64,000 nucleotides of DNA, from NCBI GenBank assembly GCA_964016885.1, contig OZ024744.1, positions 41,230,001 through 41,294,000 on the forward strand. Direction: 5' to 3'. Position numbers and translations under genes: made by a program. The stretch's first letter is position 1; every line of letters begins with the position of its first letter. Shown piece after piece: positions 34,182 through 51,059 of the stretch. The stretch comes from Eledone cirrhosa (taxonomy: Eukaryota). The notes beneath the pieces are model-generated. The model saw nothing but the letters and a program-made list of their open reading frames with translations, made no database searches and was not told the DNA's origin.

Positions 34182-37100
34182 TTACAGATATATACTCAGA
34201 GTCGGCCCATTCACTCGGGCCATTCTTGCTTCTCTCACCCATCTTTCAACAAAATGCTGGGAAGAGAGCACTTCCTTCTCTACTCTGATTTTCCTTTTCA
34301 AATGAAATTTGAAAAAGTCAATCAGAGCATCACCGAAGAGGTAAGTGCTCGTCTTCAGCCCTTTCAAACGTGTCCACCATACTATCTCTTTCGCCATGGC
34401 CACCAGACAGATAAAAACTGCCTGCCCTTCCCGGCTAAAGGAGGAGGGCGGGGCAATCCTCACGATAGACTCAGATGATAGCTGGATCCGTCCTAAACGC
34501 GACAGCAGGTGTTCGACATAAACCCACAAGTCAGCAATTTTCGGACACTGGACGAGTGCGTGCAGGACGGTTTCGTCGCCCTGCGCGCATCTCGGACATG
34601 CCCGGCTGACGGCACCTCCATGCCTGTAGAGTTTATCCCGAACTGGCAAGGCTCCTCGATGGCACTGCGAGGCCAGGGATTTCTGGAAGTTGTCCATAGG
34701 CCCCGGCCCGAAAGTCCTTCTGAAGAGATTGGCTAGTTGATTTTCGTCGACGCCTAGAGTTTCCCCAAGTACGTCGTCGCTCTTCCCCTCCACTAATCCT
34801 CTATAGAACGCCGAGGTGGAGTTTCCACCGATCACATTGCCCGATTGGTCGAGGGCTGTGAGCGCCTGAAGACATTCCAGTCTCCAGGCGCTGCCTCTCG
34901 GTCTTCGCTTGACCCAGGACTGCAGCTCCGTCAAGGAAACGAGCTGGGGAAACACGCGCCTAGCAAACGGCGACCACACCTGATCACCGTCGAGGAAGAG
35001 GTGGAGATGTCGTAGCCTGAGCGCGTGCCTGCGCATCATCAGCCACGGCATGCCCAGCCCTCCACGTAGCGGGTGTTGACAACAGATGGACCGCCTGACC
35101 ATCGGAGCACGTCCCTTCCACAAAAAGCGAAAGAGCAAACGCTCCAGCGCAGTCAGGCGAGGCTTAGGACAAGGTACGACGGTTAGGCGGTAGCAGATGA
35201 CAGACGCGATGTACGCGTTAGCCACCTCCGCTCGACCTTTCAGGGATAGCTTCCTCTCCGCCCATTTCTGGGTGAGAGAAGCCACCCTGCTCGTCACCTC
35301 GTCCCAGTTTTTGTCCGTCTGGAGGTCCGGACCGAACCAGACCCCCAGCAATTTAACCGGTCCGTCCGTCCAGCGCCCGACGACGCTGTTGGACGGCATG
35401 GACCTGCCTCTCCAGGTGCCGAGCTGCAGGCCCACTGACTTTTCCTGGTTGATCAGTGCTCCTGTCACCGCTTCGTATTCTCTTAGTGTAGTGCCGATCG
35501 CCTCGATGTGTTTGGCGTTCGACACCACTACGGTGACATCGTCCGCATATGCTGACACGGATCTTCCGCATCCTAGTTCGCGCGGGACTCCCCTCAACGT
35601 CTCCAGTTTGTGCAGTAATGGCTCGAGAGTCAATACGTACAAGAGGGACGAGAGGGGACATCCTTGGCGGACCGAGCGCATGATGTTGAACGGTTCCGAC
35701 AGGTGACCGTTCACTCTCACCACAGAGCAGATGTCGCTGTGCATGGCAGCGATCCAGCCTCTGAAGACGGGCCCAAAGCCAGCCGCCCTCAGGACTGCCG
35801 CTAGGTAACGATGGTCGACCCTATCGAAAGCTTTCGACTGATCTAAATTGATCAAGGACCCACCCGTGCCAGGTTCCCTAGCTACCCTCTCTACGATGTA
35901 TCGCATGAGGTGGAGGTTGTCGTGGATGGATCTGTCGGGAATGGCGCATGTCTGCGCCTCTCCCACCAGACCACCAACGACAAGCGCCAACCTCTTTGCT
36001 AGCACCTTGGCCAAAATCTTAAACTCTGTGTTTAGCAGAGTTATGGGCCGGAAATTGTCAATGTTATCCCCCTTGTTCGGATCCTTTCTCAGCAGTGCCA
36101 CCGCTCCTCGGCTCACAGAACTGGGAATTCTCCCGTTCTGTTGCCAGTTGCAGTAGACGTCCGCCAAGAGGCCTCCGAACAAGTCTGGCATCTGTACGTA
36201 AAGTTCATAGGGCAGACCATCCAAACCAGGCGATTTACCCCTTGTGCAGCCAGTCATTGCCTCCCGTACTTCAGCGGCTGTTATCGGCTTTTCGCAACAC
36301 CTCGCCTCAGTGGCCGAGAGCCGCGGCAGTCCGTCGAGGTAGACACTAAAGTCCATCCCTCTACCCGGCCCCCCGCTGCCCCCGAACAGCTGAGCGAAGT
36401 GTCGCTGAAAAGCTTCACACATTTGCCCGGGATCGAGTAGCATGCGCCCGTCGTGGTCCACCAAAGACCGGATCGTGGCTTTGTTGCCACGACGCGCCTC
36501 CGCCACTCGGGCCCATTGAACGGCTTTCGTCCCCTCGTGTCTGAGAGCACGCACCCTAGCTCTGACAACGCAGCCTTCGTGCTTTGCATTGAAGAATTGG
36601 TCAAGGGCCAATTTCGCCGCAAGCACGTCGGTCGCAATGCCTTTGCTAAGCGCCTCGTCTAATTTTCTAACTAGTTCTCCCTCTGCTCTATTTTTCTCTA
36701 TTGCTAAAGCCTTACTAAACCTAATCGATTCTATTCTAATCGCTCTTTTCAGAGCAAACCACCACTTGTTGTTGACGATGGCCCCCGTCAACGCCCGCTT
36801 AACTAGTTCGCTAATCCGGTCTCTGTAGGCCTTGCGCGCTGGTAAGGACGCGTTTAGCTTCCAGTAGCCGGGTCCTCGTCTATGAAGCCTATCTAAGTCA
36901 AGCACACAGGTCACGAATTTGTGGTCCGTGTAGCTGACTATCTTGAATTGTGGACAGCCTATGCTAGACCTATCTATTTCCCTACAACATACTCTATCTA
37001 GATATGATCTGGATGACCCTATGCGGTTTGTCCAAGTCCACATTGGCACATTCGGGAAATCCAATCGGTACCTGTCAGACAGTTCAAAACGCCTGAGCAG

Positions 37101-37601
37101 GTTGGTGAGGCTCTTGCACCCTCCACCCCTATCCGCTAATCCCACACAGTCCCAGCGTGCATCTAAGATCCCGTTCCAGTCGCCCACTAACACTAAAGAG
37201 CGGGACGTTCCAAGAAAGGTCTCCAGACGCCGGAAGAAATCAGGCCGCCCTGCTCCTGTCGGGGCATAGACGGCCACTAGCCTGAAAGCTTGCCCGTCTC
37301 CGCTGGTCACGTCCAGCACCACCAGCTTACCCTCTGGGTCCAGGAAGATGGCCCGTATGGCGAGATCCAAACCTCTCCGAAAAAGCACAGCAACTCCTCC
37401 ACCCGATCCAGGACGGCTGGGAGATGCGTACACATCGTAGCCGCCGAAGATCGGTGCGAAGGCCCGTGCTTCGGAGATTCTGGTCTCGCTGATGGCCACT
37501 ACATCTATGTTTAGTGACCTGAGGTCGTTGAGCAGGTGACCCTGCTTCCATGACGACCCCAAGCCACGCGCATTTATGCTGCCTATTCTGAGTGAGGTCA
37601 T
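34182..37601 (-). CDS. Tx1 ORF2: APE endonuclease + reverse transcriptase + C-terminal CCHC
   Basis: SINARGL, ISETR, VYAP, GDWN, SYLDR, TDH, GYWKLN, KSPGLDGLPYE, FRPITLLN, DQSKAFDRV, RQGCPLS, YADD, CPRC..ETVLHALVQC; 1139 aa without stops. Confidence 0.96.
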   Translation of the reverse strand: MTSLRIGSINARGLGSSWKQGHLLNDLRSLNIDVVAISETRISEARAFAPIFGGYDVYASPSRPGSGGGVAVLFRRGLDLAIRAIFLDPEGKLVVLDVTSGDGQAFRLVAVYAPTGAGRPDFFRRLETFLGTSRSLVLVGDWNGILDARWDCVGLADRGGGCKSLTNLLRRFELSDRYRLDFPNVPMWTWTNRIGSSRSYLDRVCCREIDRSSIGCPQFKIVSYTDHKFVTCVLDLDRLHRRGPGYWKLNASLPARKAYRDRISELVKRALTGAIVNNKWWFALKRAIRIESIRFSKALAIEKNRAEGELVRKLDEALSKGIATDVLAAKLALDQFFNAKHEGCVVRARVRALRHEGTKAVQWARVAEARRGNKATIRSLVDHDGRMLLDPGQMCEAFQRHFAQLFGGSGGPGRGMDFSVYLDGLPRLSATEARCCEKPITAAEVREAMTGCTRGKSPGLDGLPYELYVQMPDLFGGLLADVYCNWQQNGRIPSSVSRGAVALLRKDPNKGDNIDNFRPITLLNTEFKILAKVLAKRLALVVGGLVGEAQTCAIPDRSIHDNLHLMRYIVERVAREPGTGGSLINLDQSKAFDRVDHRYLAAVLRAAGFGPVFRGWIAAMHSDICSVVRVNGHLSEPFNIMRSVRQGCPLSSLLYVLTLEPLLHKLETLRGVPRELGCGRSVSAYADDVTVVVSNAKHIEAIGTTLREYEAVTGALINQEKSVGLQLGTWRGRSMPSNSVVGRWTDGPVKLLGVWFGPDLQTDKNWDEVTSRVASLTQKWAERKLSLKGRAEVANAYIASVICYRLTVVPCPKPRLTALERLLFRFLWKGRAPMVRRSICCQHPLRGGLGMPWLMMRRHALRLRHLHLFLDGDQVWSPFARRVFPQLVSLTELQSWVKRRPRGSAWRLECLQALTALDQSGNVIGGNSTSAFYRGLVEGKSDDVLGETLGVDENQLANLFRRTFGPGPMDNFQKSLASQCHRGALPVRDKLYRHGGAVSRACPRCAQGDETVLHALVQCPKIADLWVYVEHLLSRLGRIQLSSESIVRIAPPSSFSREGQAVFICLVAMAKEIVWWTRLKGLKTSTYLFGDALIDFFKFHLKRKIRVEKEVLSSQHFVERWVREARMARVNGPTLSIYL

Positions 37602-37636
37602 GTTTAAAATAGAGTGGAAAAGATGGGAAAGACCAC

Positions 37637-39733
37637 TTACCGTACTTTTGGTAGAGGAGGGATGGTTTTTACATCCCTTTTCACTTGATCGTCTGGTGAA
37701 GGGACCGTTGAATCGTCCCTTCGGCTGGTCGTCGGCTCTTCTAAGAGAATGTCTGAATATACTCTTCGATTGATGGTTCCTCCTAGGTCCCTGAAATCAC
37801 CAACTGCGTTGGGGAATTTCGTTTTAATGTTTGTGTATTGTTTCTGTGCTATTTTTAGCAGTCTTATGTTAGTTGGCGTTTTGATTGGTGCTGGTATTAT
37901 GTAGTCGTGTTGTGAAATGTCTGTGTGTTCAATTATGTAAGTCATTAGTTTCTTGTTGTGTGTGTTTATTGCCGTGCATTTGTTTTTCTGGAGGTGGGGT
38001 GTGGTTCTGCTATTTTCTTGTCGTTGTTGCTGGGTGTGTGTGTTTTGTTGTTGTGTTTGCGATGTTGGTGCTTGTGGTGGTGGTGTTGAAGGTGTTGTTG
38101 GCGGTGGGGTTGTCGCCGATGGTGATGGTGGTGCTGGTGTGGGTGGTGATGGTGTTGGTGGTGTTGCTGCTGTGGGTCTCTTTGCAGTAGACTTTACCCT
38201 TTTCTCATTTCTTTCCTCCCTTTTCAAAGGCGACGATGCGCTGCTTCTGCGTTTGTGCCTTCTAGCGACCTTTTGCCATCCCTCTCCCACCTCACACTCC
38301 ATGTCTGATTCTGTAAGGTCGGGGAGGGGTACCAGCTCCACTCTTTCACTTGTTGTTGTTGGTGATGTTTGCACTGGAGTCTCTGTTGCAGCTGCATTTG
38401 GTATTGCTGTTGTTGTTGTTAATATTTCCACTGCTGCTGCTGTCTTTGATTTCCGTGGAGTGGGTATGGGTGCCACGGACCTATCGTTCCTGGTTGCCGC
38501 TTGTCCTGTTGCTGGTAGCCGTGGAGCCGGATTCGGAAGGAGGGGGGTTTTCTCCTTTCTCAGGGTCTTCTCGTTGCAGAAGGCCCTGAGGTGAGTCTTC
38601 GATCCACAGCGAAAGCATTTCGGGCGTTTGCCCTCAACACTTATGGGCAGTTGAGTGCCGTTATCGAAGTCTATCACATCCGGGATAGCTTCGATGCACT
38701 CCTGGTTGGTTTGGATTAGCATCTCAATGGAGGAGCCGACCCAATCTTCTCTTACTTTTTTCTGTACTTGCAGTACAGTTGTTTTGTCCTCGATTCCGAC
38801 GAGGACAGACGCGGCCAGCCAAGAAGGGGTCATTCCGGGGGGGACGTGGGTCAGTTTGACCCTCACAATTTTTTGCCCGCAGTAGGAGGGCACCAACACC
38901 ATTTCCTCGCTCCTTAGGGTCACTACTGATTGGGCCTTTGCCTCCTGGGGTGTGGCAAAAAGTACGTCTACGGTGGCGTATTTTTTGCCTCGGGTGATGT
39001 GCGTTTTCCTCTGCCACACGGACCCCAAGGCTTTTTGTATTTGGGCCTCTGTGGCTCTTTCCACCCTACGGGATTTTGTACTTACTGTACGGTACGTGAC
39101 CGTACAGTGCTCTTGGGTTTCGAAAAAATTTTTCGCTGCCTTGCAGATTGCTCGGTGTCCGTTCTTTGTCACCATCTTCTTCGCTTCCTCTAATTCCTCA
39201 TTTGTTATGAGGATTGTTTCCAAGTTTTTCGCAATACCTGCAAATGAGATTGGTTTTTCTCTGATGTTGTTGTTGTCGTCAGAGCTGCTGGTACTTTTGT
39301 TGTTGCTGCAGGTACTACGACTACTGCCTCCGCCGCTGTTGCTGTGGTTGTTGTTGGTGTTGCTGCTGCTAATGCTGTTGTTGTTTATGCTGCTGGTGAT
39401 GCTGTTGCGGCTGCTACTGTTGTTTTCATTGTCACTGTTGCTGTTGTTATTACGGCTGCTACTGCTATTATTCCTGACGTCAGACGAATGAACTGGGTTT
39501 TCGTATTTCCCGCACACCTGTTTCGTCGCTGTCGTCGTCGTCGTGGAGAAACCTTGCACGCTTTGCACGAGACTTTTCTTTTCTTTCGTCGCTTGCGAAA
39601 GAGAAGGGAGGGAGAGAGACACATTTAAAGAAGGGAGGGAGAGAGACAATCTTCTCTCTGCTGTAGTGATGATTGAGGAAGAAGAAGACGGAATGAGTGG
39701 GAGTGACGTATGAAATTTCTTTTTCGTAGCCAT
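37637..39733 (-). CDS. Tx1 ORF1 (gag-like nucleic-acid-binding protein)
   Basis: ATG at 39733 (MATKKK); CFRCGSKTHLRAFC zinc knuckle; N/S-rich and P/T-rich low-complexity segments; lies upstream of ORF2. Confidence 0.9.
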   Translation of the reverse strand: MATKKKFHTSLPLIPSSSSSIITTAERRLSLSLPSLNVSLSLPSLSQATKEKKSLVQSVQGFSTTTTTATKQVCGKYENPVHSSDVRNNSSSSRNNNSNSDNENNSSSRNSITSSINNNSISSSNTNNNHSNSGGGSSRSTCSNNKSTSSSDDNNNIREKPISFAGIAKNLETILITNEELEEAKKMVTKNGHRAICKAAKNFFETQEHCTVTYRTVSTKSRRVERATEAQIQKALGSVWQRKTHITRGKKYATVDVLFATPQEAKAQSVVTLRSEEMVLVPSYCGQKIVRVKLTHVPPGMTPSWLAASVLVGIEDKTTVLQVQKKVREDWVGSSIEMLIQTNQECIEAIPDVIDFDNGTQLPISVEGKRPKCFRCGSKTHLRAFCNEKTLRKEKTPLLPNPAPRLPATGQAATRNDRSVAPIPTPRKSKTAAAVEILTTTTAIPNAAATETPVQTSPTTTSERVELVPLPDLTESDMECEVGEGWQKVARRHKRRSSASSPLKREERNEKRVKSTAKRPTAATPPTPSPPTPAPPSPSATTPPPTTPSTPPPQAPTSQTQQQNTHTQQQRQENSRTTPHLQKNKCTAINTHNKKLMTYIIEHTDISQHDYIIPAPIKTPTNIRLLKIAQKQYTNIKTKFPNAVGDFRDLGGTINRRVYSDILLEEPTTSRRDDSTVPSPDDQVKRDVKTIPPLPKVR

Positions 39734-39947
39734 GTTTTTTTTGTTTAAAATGAAATTTTGGGTACAAAACCCCAATAACTGGTTATTTAACCCCGAAGGG
39801 CCAAATAACGGACAGAAAGACCCCTCTCACGAGGAGGAGGGTGTCTTTATCAACAATTTGGTTCAAGTTTTAAACAATTTACAATTGTTTTAACGGTTAA
39901 AAATTACTATACCTTACAGAGCCGAGCCTCCGTCAACCATGGCATTC

Positions 39948-42606
<2,659 letters not shown>

Positions 42607-42796
42607 ATTGGCGGCTTTTGAACTCAGACCATAAAGAGCCGTAACATTTCGCTGCAAAGCATGGCGTCCGACCCTCTACCGCAAAGTTAACCTGGTGGTA
42701 AGAAGAAAAATACTGGTAGTTTACACCAACACTGTGCAATGATAAAGATAACATTTAATAATAATAATAATATTGATGATTATGATAAAAAATAAT

Positions 42797-43720
42797 GGTT
42801 TCTTTCTTAGCCACAATGGTTTCTTTCTAAGCGGAAAAAAAAAATGGCACAGGATAGTACAGCATGGAGTTTTTAGTGTGAGAGAAAGATTTATAATAAA
42901 GACCAAAAAAATAAACATTAAAAAGAAAAAAATCCACCAAAAGTGGGGATGCCTCCGAGAGTCACTCATGGAGAAAGTTCACAAAATGCAATGTTACCCT
43001 TGACGAATAGGGCAAGCCCCCTCTCAGTTGTCCTCCTCCAATTTACATGCCTATTCACTCGAAATATGCTCATCTCCTTCACCCACCTTTCAACAAACTG
43101 GTTGGAAGGCAACACTTTCCTCTCCGTTCTGATTTTTCTCTTCAGCTGAAACCTAAAAAAGATAATTAAGTCTTCGCCAAAGAGGAAAGTGCTTGTCTTC
43201 AACTCTTTCAAGTGCGTCCATCACACAACCTCTTTCACCATGACCAGTAGGCAGATAAAAACTTCCTGTGCTTCCTCTCCAAAGGAAGATGGCGGGACGA
43301 TCTTCACAATGGACTCAGTTGATAGTGGATCCATCCGACACATGAAAACAGGTGTTCAATGTAAACCTACAAGTCAGCAATGCTTGGACCCTTGAAGAAT
43401 GTGTGCATGATGGTTTCTTTGTTCTGTGCACATCTTGGACAGGCCCAGCTGATGGCACTTTCATGTCTGTAGAGTTTATCTCAAACTAACAAAGCTCCTC
43501 AATAGCACTGTCAGACCAAGAATTTCCTTGGGCCCTGGACTGAAAGTCCCCTGGAAAAGGGTGACTATTTGACTTTCATTGATCCCTAGATTCTTCCTTG
43601 AAATGTCATTATTTTTACCTGCCACCAAACCTCTACAGAAAGCTAAGTAGAGTTTCCACTAATTGTCCTTCCCAATTAGCTGAAGGCTGTGATATTTGAA
43701 GACATTCCATTTACAGGGAA
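42797..43720 (-). mobile_element. Old Tx1-clade 3' fragment
   Basis: LKRKIRTERKVL..FVERWV and related motifs homologous to the ORF2 C-terminus at 34182-34900; a degenerate (AAT)n lies at its 3' flank. Confidence 0.85.
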
Positions 43721-44499
43721 CACATGTTGGCATTGATTTAAATTGAAAAAAAAACATGTAAGAAGCACTCTACCAGGGAGCTTTAATATAGAAAACAAGT
43801 TCTGTATGGTGTGCTAGTACATCACATTGCTGAACACAAGTGACTGTAGTAGTAGTAGTCCTCAACTATTTTCCCATGCTTGCGAGGGTTAGATGGGTTG
43901 TCACGCCATGAGACAAGTCAGGTCAGGTGACCACATCTTGCTCATATGTATGTTGAAATTGTTAAATCCATCAGCCTTTAGCTTCCATACATATATGAAG
44001 TGTGATTATAATAGTATTTTGGGGAAATTTTCTATCATTCAGCAGTCACATCAAAAGACTGTACTCTGTAATTGATGTGAATAAAACCAGTGAAGCATGG
44101 AAACTTCTCCAGTTGCATGAGAAACCCACCACAAATATAACAACATAACTTTCCATTGCATAACTTACATCTCTAACAAATATACTTTAAGCCCACATAT
44201 CACTGTAAATGAAAAGTATGTAACATCAACGTTATTGATGCATGGTTAAGAAGTTTGCTTCATTTGCTAAATTTGATTCCATTGCATGAGATCTTGAGCT
44301 ATTATGCTAAGAGTACGCAAGTCTGTTGAATACTCAGCCACTTACATGTTAATTTATGAGTTGAGCATTCGTTTGATCAAACAAACAAATGCTCATCATT
44401 AAAACTAACAGAATCAATGTCAATGTTATCATTAATGAATCCTGTTATATAAAATTCAAAAAGCAGCTACTGTAAACAACAGCTGATATTGTTACATTT

Positions 44500-44676
44500 G
44501 GCAGTATTGGTAGAGAGTCAGACGCCATGCTTTCTAGCATAGTTACGTCCCTTTACGATCTGAGTTCAAATCCCGCCGAGGTTGACTTTGCCTTTCATCC
44601 TTACGGGGTCGATAAAATAAAGTACCAGTAATGCACTGGGTAATTGCTGGCCTTGTGCCTAAAGTAGAAACAATTA
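44500..44676 (+). mobile_element. tRNA-derived SINE (Meta-domain-like); further copies at ~57355-57542(+) and 58060-58128(-, partial)
   Basis: Reverse complement of the SINEs at 29328 and 29825. Confidence 0.88.
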
Positions 44677-46190
44677 ATTGCCTCATAAGTTGACCTAGTT
44701 TCTGTTTCTCAGTGTGTATTATTAGATTTAAAAACTAATCATGTACAGATTTTATTATGATATTGCAAAAAACATGATTATAATAAAGAAAATCAGTTTC
44801 AGTTAATGAATTTTCAATGGATTTATATTTAAAATTGCTTATCATGAAATCAATCACTGGATGTTTCCCATTATGATCCTTGATTATATTATGATGAGTT
44901 TACAATATTTGGTGGATATGAAATGCAAACCCTGCACTCGAAGATTATATTCATATATACATTCCAAGATTATATGCATATATATAATGTCACTGATTAC
45001 ATAGAAAATGATATAATCAAATATCCAGATGTGTATACATCTGGATATTTGATTTCCATGTAATCAGTGACATTACCTATAGGCAGGTTGAAGCTGGGCT
45101 GCAAAATCTAGTGGGGTCCCCAGCCAAGGTGTATATTTTTGATGCTGATATATGTCTTTCTTACACATGTTGTCATACTACACTTTAGTCCTTCAACAAA
45201 CATGCAGTAATTTTTGTTATACTTCATTTCTGAATAATGCTGTCAATACTAGAACTGATTTCTGTATTAAACTTGTCCTGCCAGAAAAAGTAGTGAAATG
45301 GATAAATTACACAAAGAATGTGTGTGCTGAAAGCTTGATGCAACAAACTTGTGCCTCCTAGATGTCCGGGAAGTCATTTATTTTACTATCTTTATTTCAT
45401 TTGTATGTGGACAGAGGTTCTTAGGATGCGCAATATAATGGCTATTTGGTGTACTTTGTAGCTGAATGTGGTTTGCTGTGAAGAAAGTTAGGGCCCAGGT
45501 AAGATAGATATGATCCTCAGTGGATTAAACTTTATGAAGGAGGATGTGAACATGATTTGATCTATGTATAAGTATTCGTATGTTTTATGTGTGGGAAGTT
45601 TGTGTAAGTATAGATAAAAAAGTGTGGATAAAGTAACACGAAACCCTATGGTACTTTATTCCGGAAATTGCAGGTTTTGGAAACATTGCTTTTGTATACA
45701 CTACATATGCTCGATGACTTGAGAGATAGACAGTTAAGCTCAAAATTATCATTGCTAAATTTTATAGTATCTAAGTATAGTTAGACGAAATCAAAATATA
45801 TTATAATTTCCGTTTTTCTTTCCATTTCATTCTCAAAATATTTAATATATTAAGAATTCTAAACTAGATATAAAATTCAATTAAGGTTATACTCCTAATA
45901 TAAAACCATTTATTCTCCAGAAAAAAAAAAAGAAATTCTGAAAGCAATATTAAGAATTATTCACAAATTGTGTAATTATAAAATATTCGAAATGTATTTA
46001 AATCAACATTTTCTGACAGTCATAAAATACACAGTTATCTTCATTAGTTTTGCATTCACTGGCTTGAAAAGAAAATCAGCTTTAAGTCATTTAAAGGGTT
46101 TGTTGCTTTAAATGCATTTATAACAGTTATAAATAAACATTTGAAAAATACAATAATATTGTAAAATACATTAATATTGTATTCAAAATA

Positions 46191-46237
<47 letters not shown>

Positions 46238-46356
46238 ATGTATGTATGTATGTATGTATGTATGTATGTATGTATGTATGTATGTATATATATATATATG
46301 TATGTATATATATATGTATGTATATATGTATGTATATATATATATATGTATATATG

Positions 46357-46445
<89 letters not shown>

Positions 46446-46534
46446 TATGTATATATATATAATGTATATATGTATATATATATATATGTATGTATATATG
46501 TATGTATATATATATATATATAATGTATATGTAT

Positions 46535-47175
46535 GGTCACCAGTTGGTGCTACTGGTAATGCTTATGTCAGGTCACCAGTTGGTGCTACTGGTAACATGT
46601 ATCCCAGTACAACCTGTCTCATGGTCGGGTCGTTGGCGACTAAACTGGCAACCCCACCAAGGTTTCTTGGTGAGGAGGGTGACTTTGGACATCCTGCAGG
46701 ACTAAAAACAAAACCTGTCAAAGGGCAAAGGAGCTCTTAAGAGTCAATGGCCATCCAAAATCACCGGGAGAGATGACCCCTTAGCCTTTGTCAAGGCAGA
46801 ATTCTAGGAGAAGGAAAACTCTGATATAACACCTGCAACCCTGATGGTATCCAATGATGTTGACTTGTTCTTCTTTTTGGTAAATATCATCTTGGTTAAG
46901 AGAGTGGGACTGGCTTTGTGCAGTGCCTTTGCTCACTATAAAAGCTTCACGGCACAGGCATTGCTTTATATCTGGAGATCTCTCTGCACTTGTCCTCACA
47001 TGGTACCATGGGCCCAGCACTATGTGTCAATAATTGTCACAAGTGTAGTGTTTGTACCAGAGTTTTCAAGTCGCTGGCTGGACTAAAATGTCACACTCGT
47101 TCAGCGCTTCGGTAGGGGTTCTCCTACATGGATATAAAGTAGTGGCCGTACTCGAAAACGAGTTGGCAGCCACCA
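46535..47175 (+). mobile_element. Non-autonomous RTE-like element, copy 3 (with a duplicated 5' 25-mer)
   Basis: Aligns with copy 1 over its full length. Confidence 0.8.
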
Positions 47176-47245
47176 TATATATATATATATATATATATGT
47201 GTATATGTATATGTATATGTGTGTGTATATATATATATATGTGTA

Positions 47246-47834
47246 TGCTACTGGTAACATGTATCCCAGTACAACCTGTCCCATGGTCGGGTCGTTGGCG
47301 ACTAAATTGGCAACCCCACCAAGGTTTCTTGGTGGGGAGGGTGACTTTGGACATCCTGCTGGACTAAAAACAAAACCTGTCAAAGGGCAAAGGAGCTCTT
47401 AAGAGTCAATGGCCATCCAAAATCACCGAGAGAGATGACCCCTTAGCCTTTGTCAAGGCAGAATTTGAGAAGGAAGGCTCTGATATAACACCTGCAACCC
47501 TGATGGTATCCAAAGATGTTGACTTGTTCTTCTTTTTGGTAAATATCATCTTGGTTAAGAGAGTGGGACTGGCTTTGTGCAGTGCCTTTGCTCACTATAA
47601 AAGCTTCACGGCACAGGCATTGCTTTATATCTTGAGATCTCTCTGCACTTGTCGTCACATGGTACCATGGGCCCAGCACTATGTGTCAATAATTGTCACA
47701 AGTGTAGTGTTTGTACCAGAGTTTTCAAGTAGCTGGCTGGACTAAAAAGTCATACTCGTTCAGCGCATCGGGAGGGGTTCTCCTACGTGGATATAAAGTA
47801 GTGGCCGTACTCGAAAACGAGTTGGCAGCCACCA
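47246..47834 (+). mobile_element. Non-autonomous RTE-like element, copy 4
   Basis: Aligns with copy 1. Confidence 0.8.
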
Positions 47835-47879
47835 TATAATGTATATATATATATAATGTATGTATATATATATATAATG

Positions 47880-49770
<1,891 letters not shown>

Positions 49771-49781
49771 TATGTATGTAC

Positions 49782-49858
<77 letters not shown>

Positions 49859-49859
49859 T

Positions 49860-50078
49860 AAAGGACGATCGACTTTTTTGTCAAATCGGACCGAGGGAAC
49901 AATGTTTCCGTTGGTCTTTCCAATTGCTAATACTATCTATCGGTCGCAACTCCAGGTAGAAGGAGCAACGTGAAATAAAGTGTCTTGCTCAAGGACATAA
50001 CGCATTGCCTGGTCTAGGAATCGAACTCACAACCTTACGATTGCGAATCCAATTTCCCAACCACTCAGCCACACGCCT

Positions 50079-50080
<2 letters not shown>
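49860..50080 (-). mobile_element. tRNA-derived SINE
   Basis: A box TGGCTGAGTGG, B box GAGTTCGATTCC, CCTTGAGCAAGACACTTTATTTCAC body. Confidence 0.8.
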
Positions 50081-50155
<75 letters not shown>

Positions 50156-50192
50156 ATATATATATATATGCATATATATATATATATATGTA

Positions 50193-50235
<43 letters not shown>

Positions 50236-50330
50236 ATATATATATATGTATGTATATATGTATGTATATATATATATGTATGTATATATGTATGTATGTA
50301 TGTATATATATATATATGTATGTATATATG

Positions 50331-50366
<36 letters not shown>

Positions 50367-50776
50367 CGGGAGAGATGACCCCTTAGCCTTTGTCAAGGCA
50401 GAATTCTAGGAGAAGGAAAACTCTGATATAACACCTGCAACCCTGATGGTATCCAATGATGTTGACTTGTTCTTCTTTTTGGTAAATATCATCTTGGTTA
50501 AGAGAGTGGGACTGGCTTTGTGCAGTGCCTTTGCTCACTATAAAAGCTTCACGGCACAGGCATTGCTTTATATCTGGAGATCTCTCTGCACTTGTCGTCA
50601 CATGGTACCATGGGCCCAGCACTGTGTGTCAATCATTGTCACAGGTGTAGTGTTTGTACTAGAGTTTTCAAGTCGCTGGCTGGACTGAAAAGTCACACTC
50701 GTTCAGCGCATCGGTAGGGGTTCTCCTACATGGATATAAAGTAGTGGCCGTACTCGAAAACGAGTTGGCAGCCACC
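50367..50776 (+). mobile_element. Non-autonomous RTE-like element, copy 5 (5'-truncated)
   Basis: Aligns with copy 1 from cgggagagatgacccc; intact [23 protein letters not shown]. Confidence 0.8.
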
Positions 50777-50845
50777 ATATATATATATATATGTGTGTGT
50801 ATATATATGTATGTATATATATATATATGTATGTATATGTGTATG

Positions 50846-50876
<31 letters not shown>

Positions 50877-50922
50877 ATATGTATGTATATATATATATAT
50901 ATATGTATGTATATATGTATGT

Positions 50923-50979
<57 letters not shown>

Positions 50980-51059
50980 TATATCATCATTTTTACGTCT
51001 ATTTTTCCCTGCTTGCATGGATTATATATATATTTATTTTTATTTATATATATATTTAT

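Larger units (their letters stand above)
33920..39947 (-). mobile_element. Full-length, apparently intact Tx1-clade (L1 group) LINE, ~6.0 kb
   Basis: 5' UTR, intact ORF1 and ORF2 separated by 35 nt, 3' UTR with AATAAA, and (ATT)n on both sides. Confidence 0.95.

Noticed and set aside
34509-39628. Plus-strand ORFs overlapping the Tx1 element
   Set aside because: Antisense shadows of GC-rich ORF1/ORF2 with no recognisable motifs.
45415-45504. Candidate plus-strand exon ending CAG|GTAAGA
   Set aside because: Stops in all three frames and no supporting neighbouring exons.
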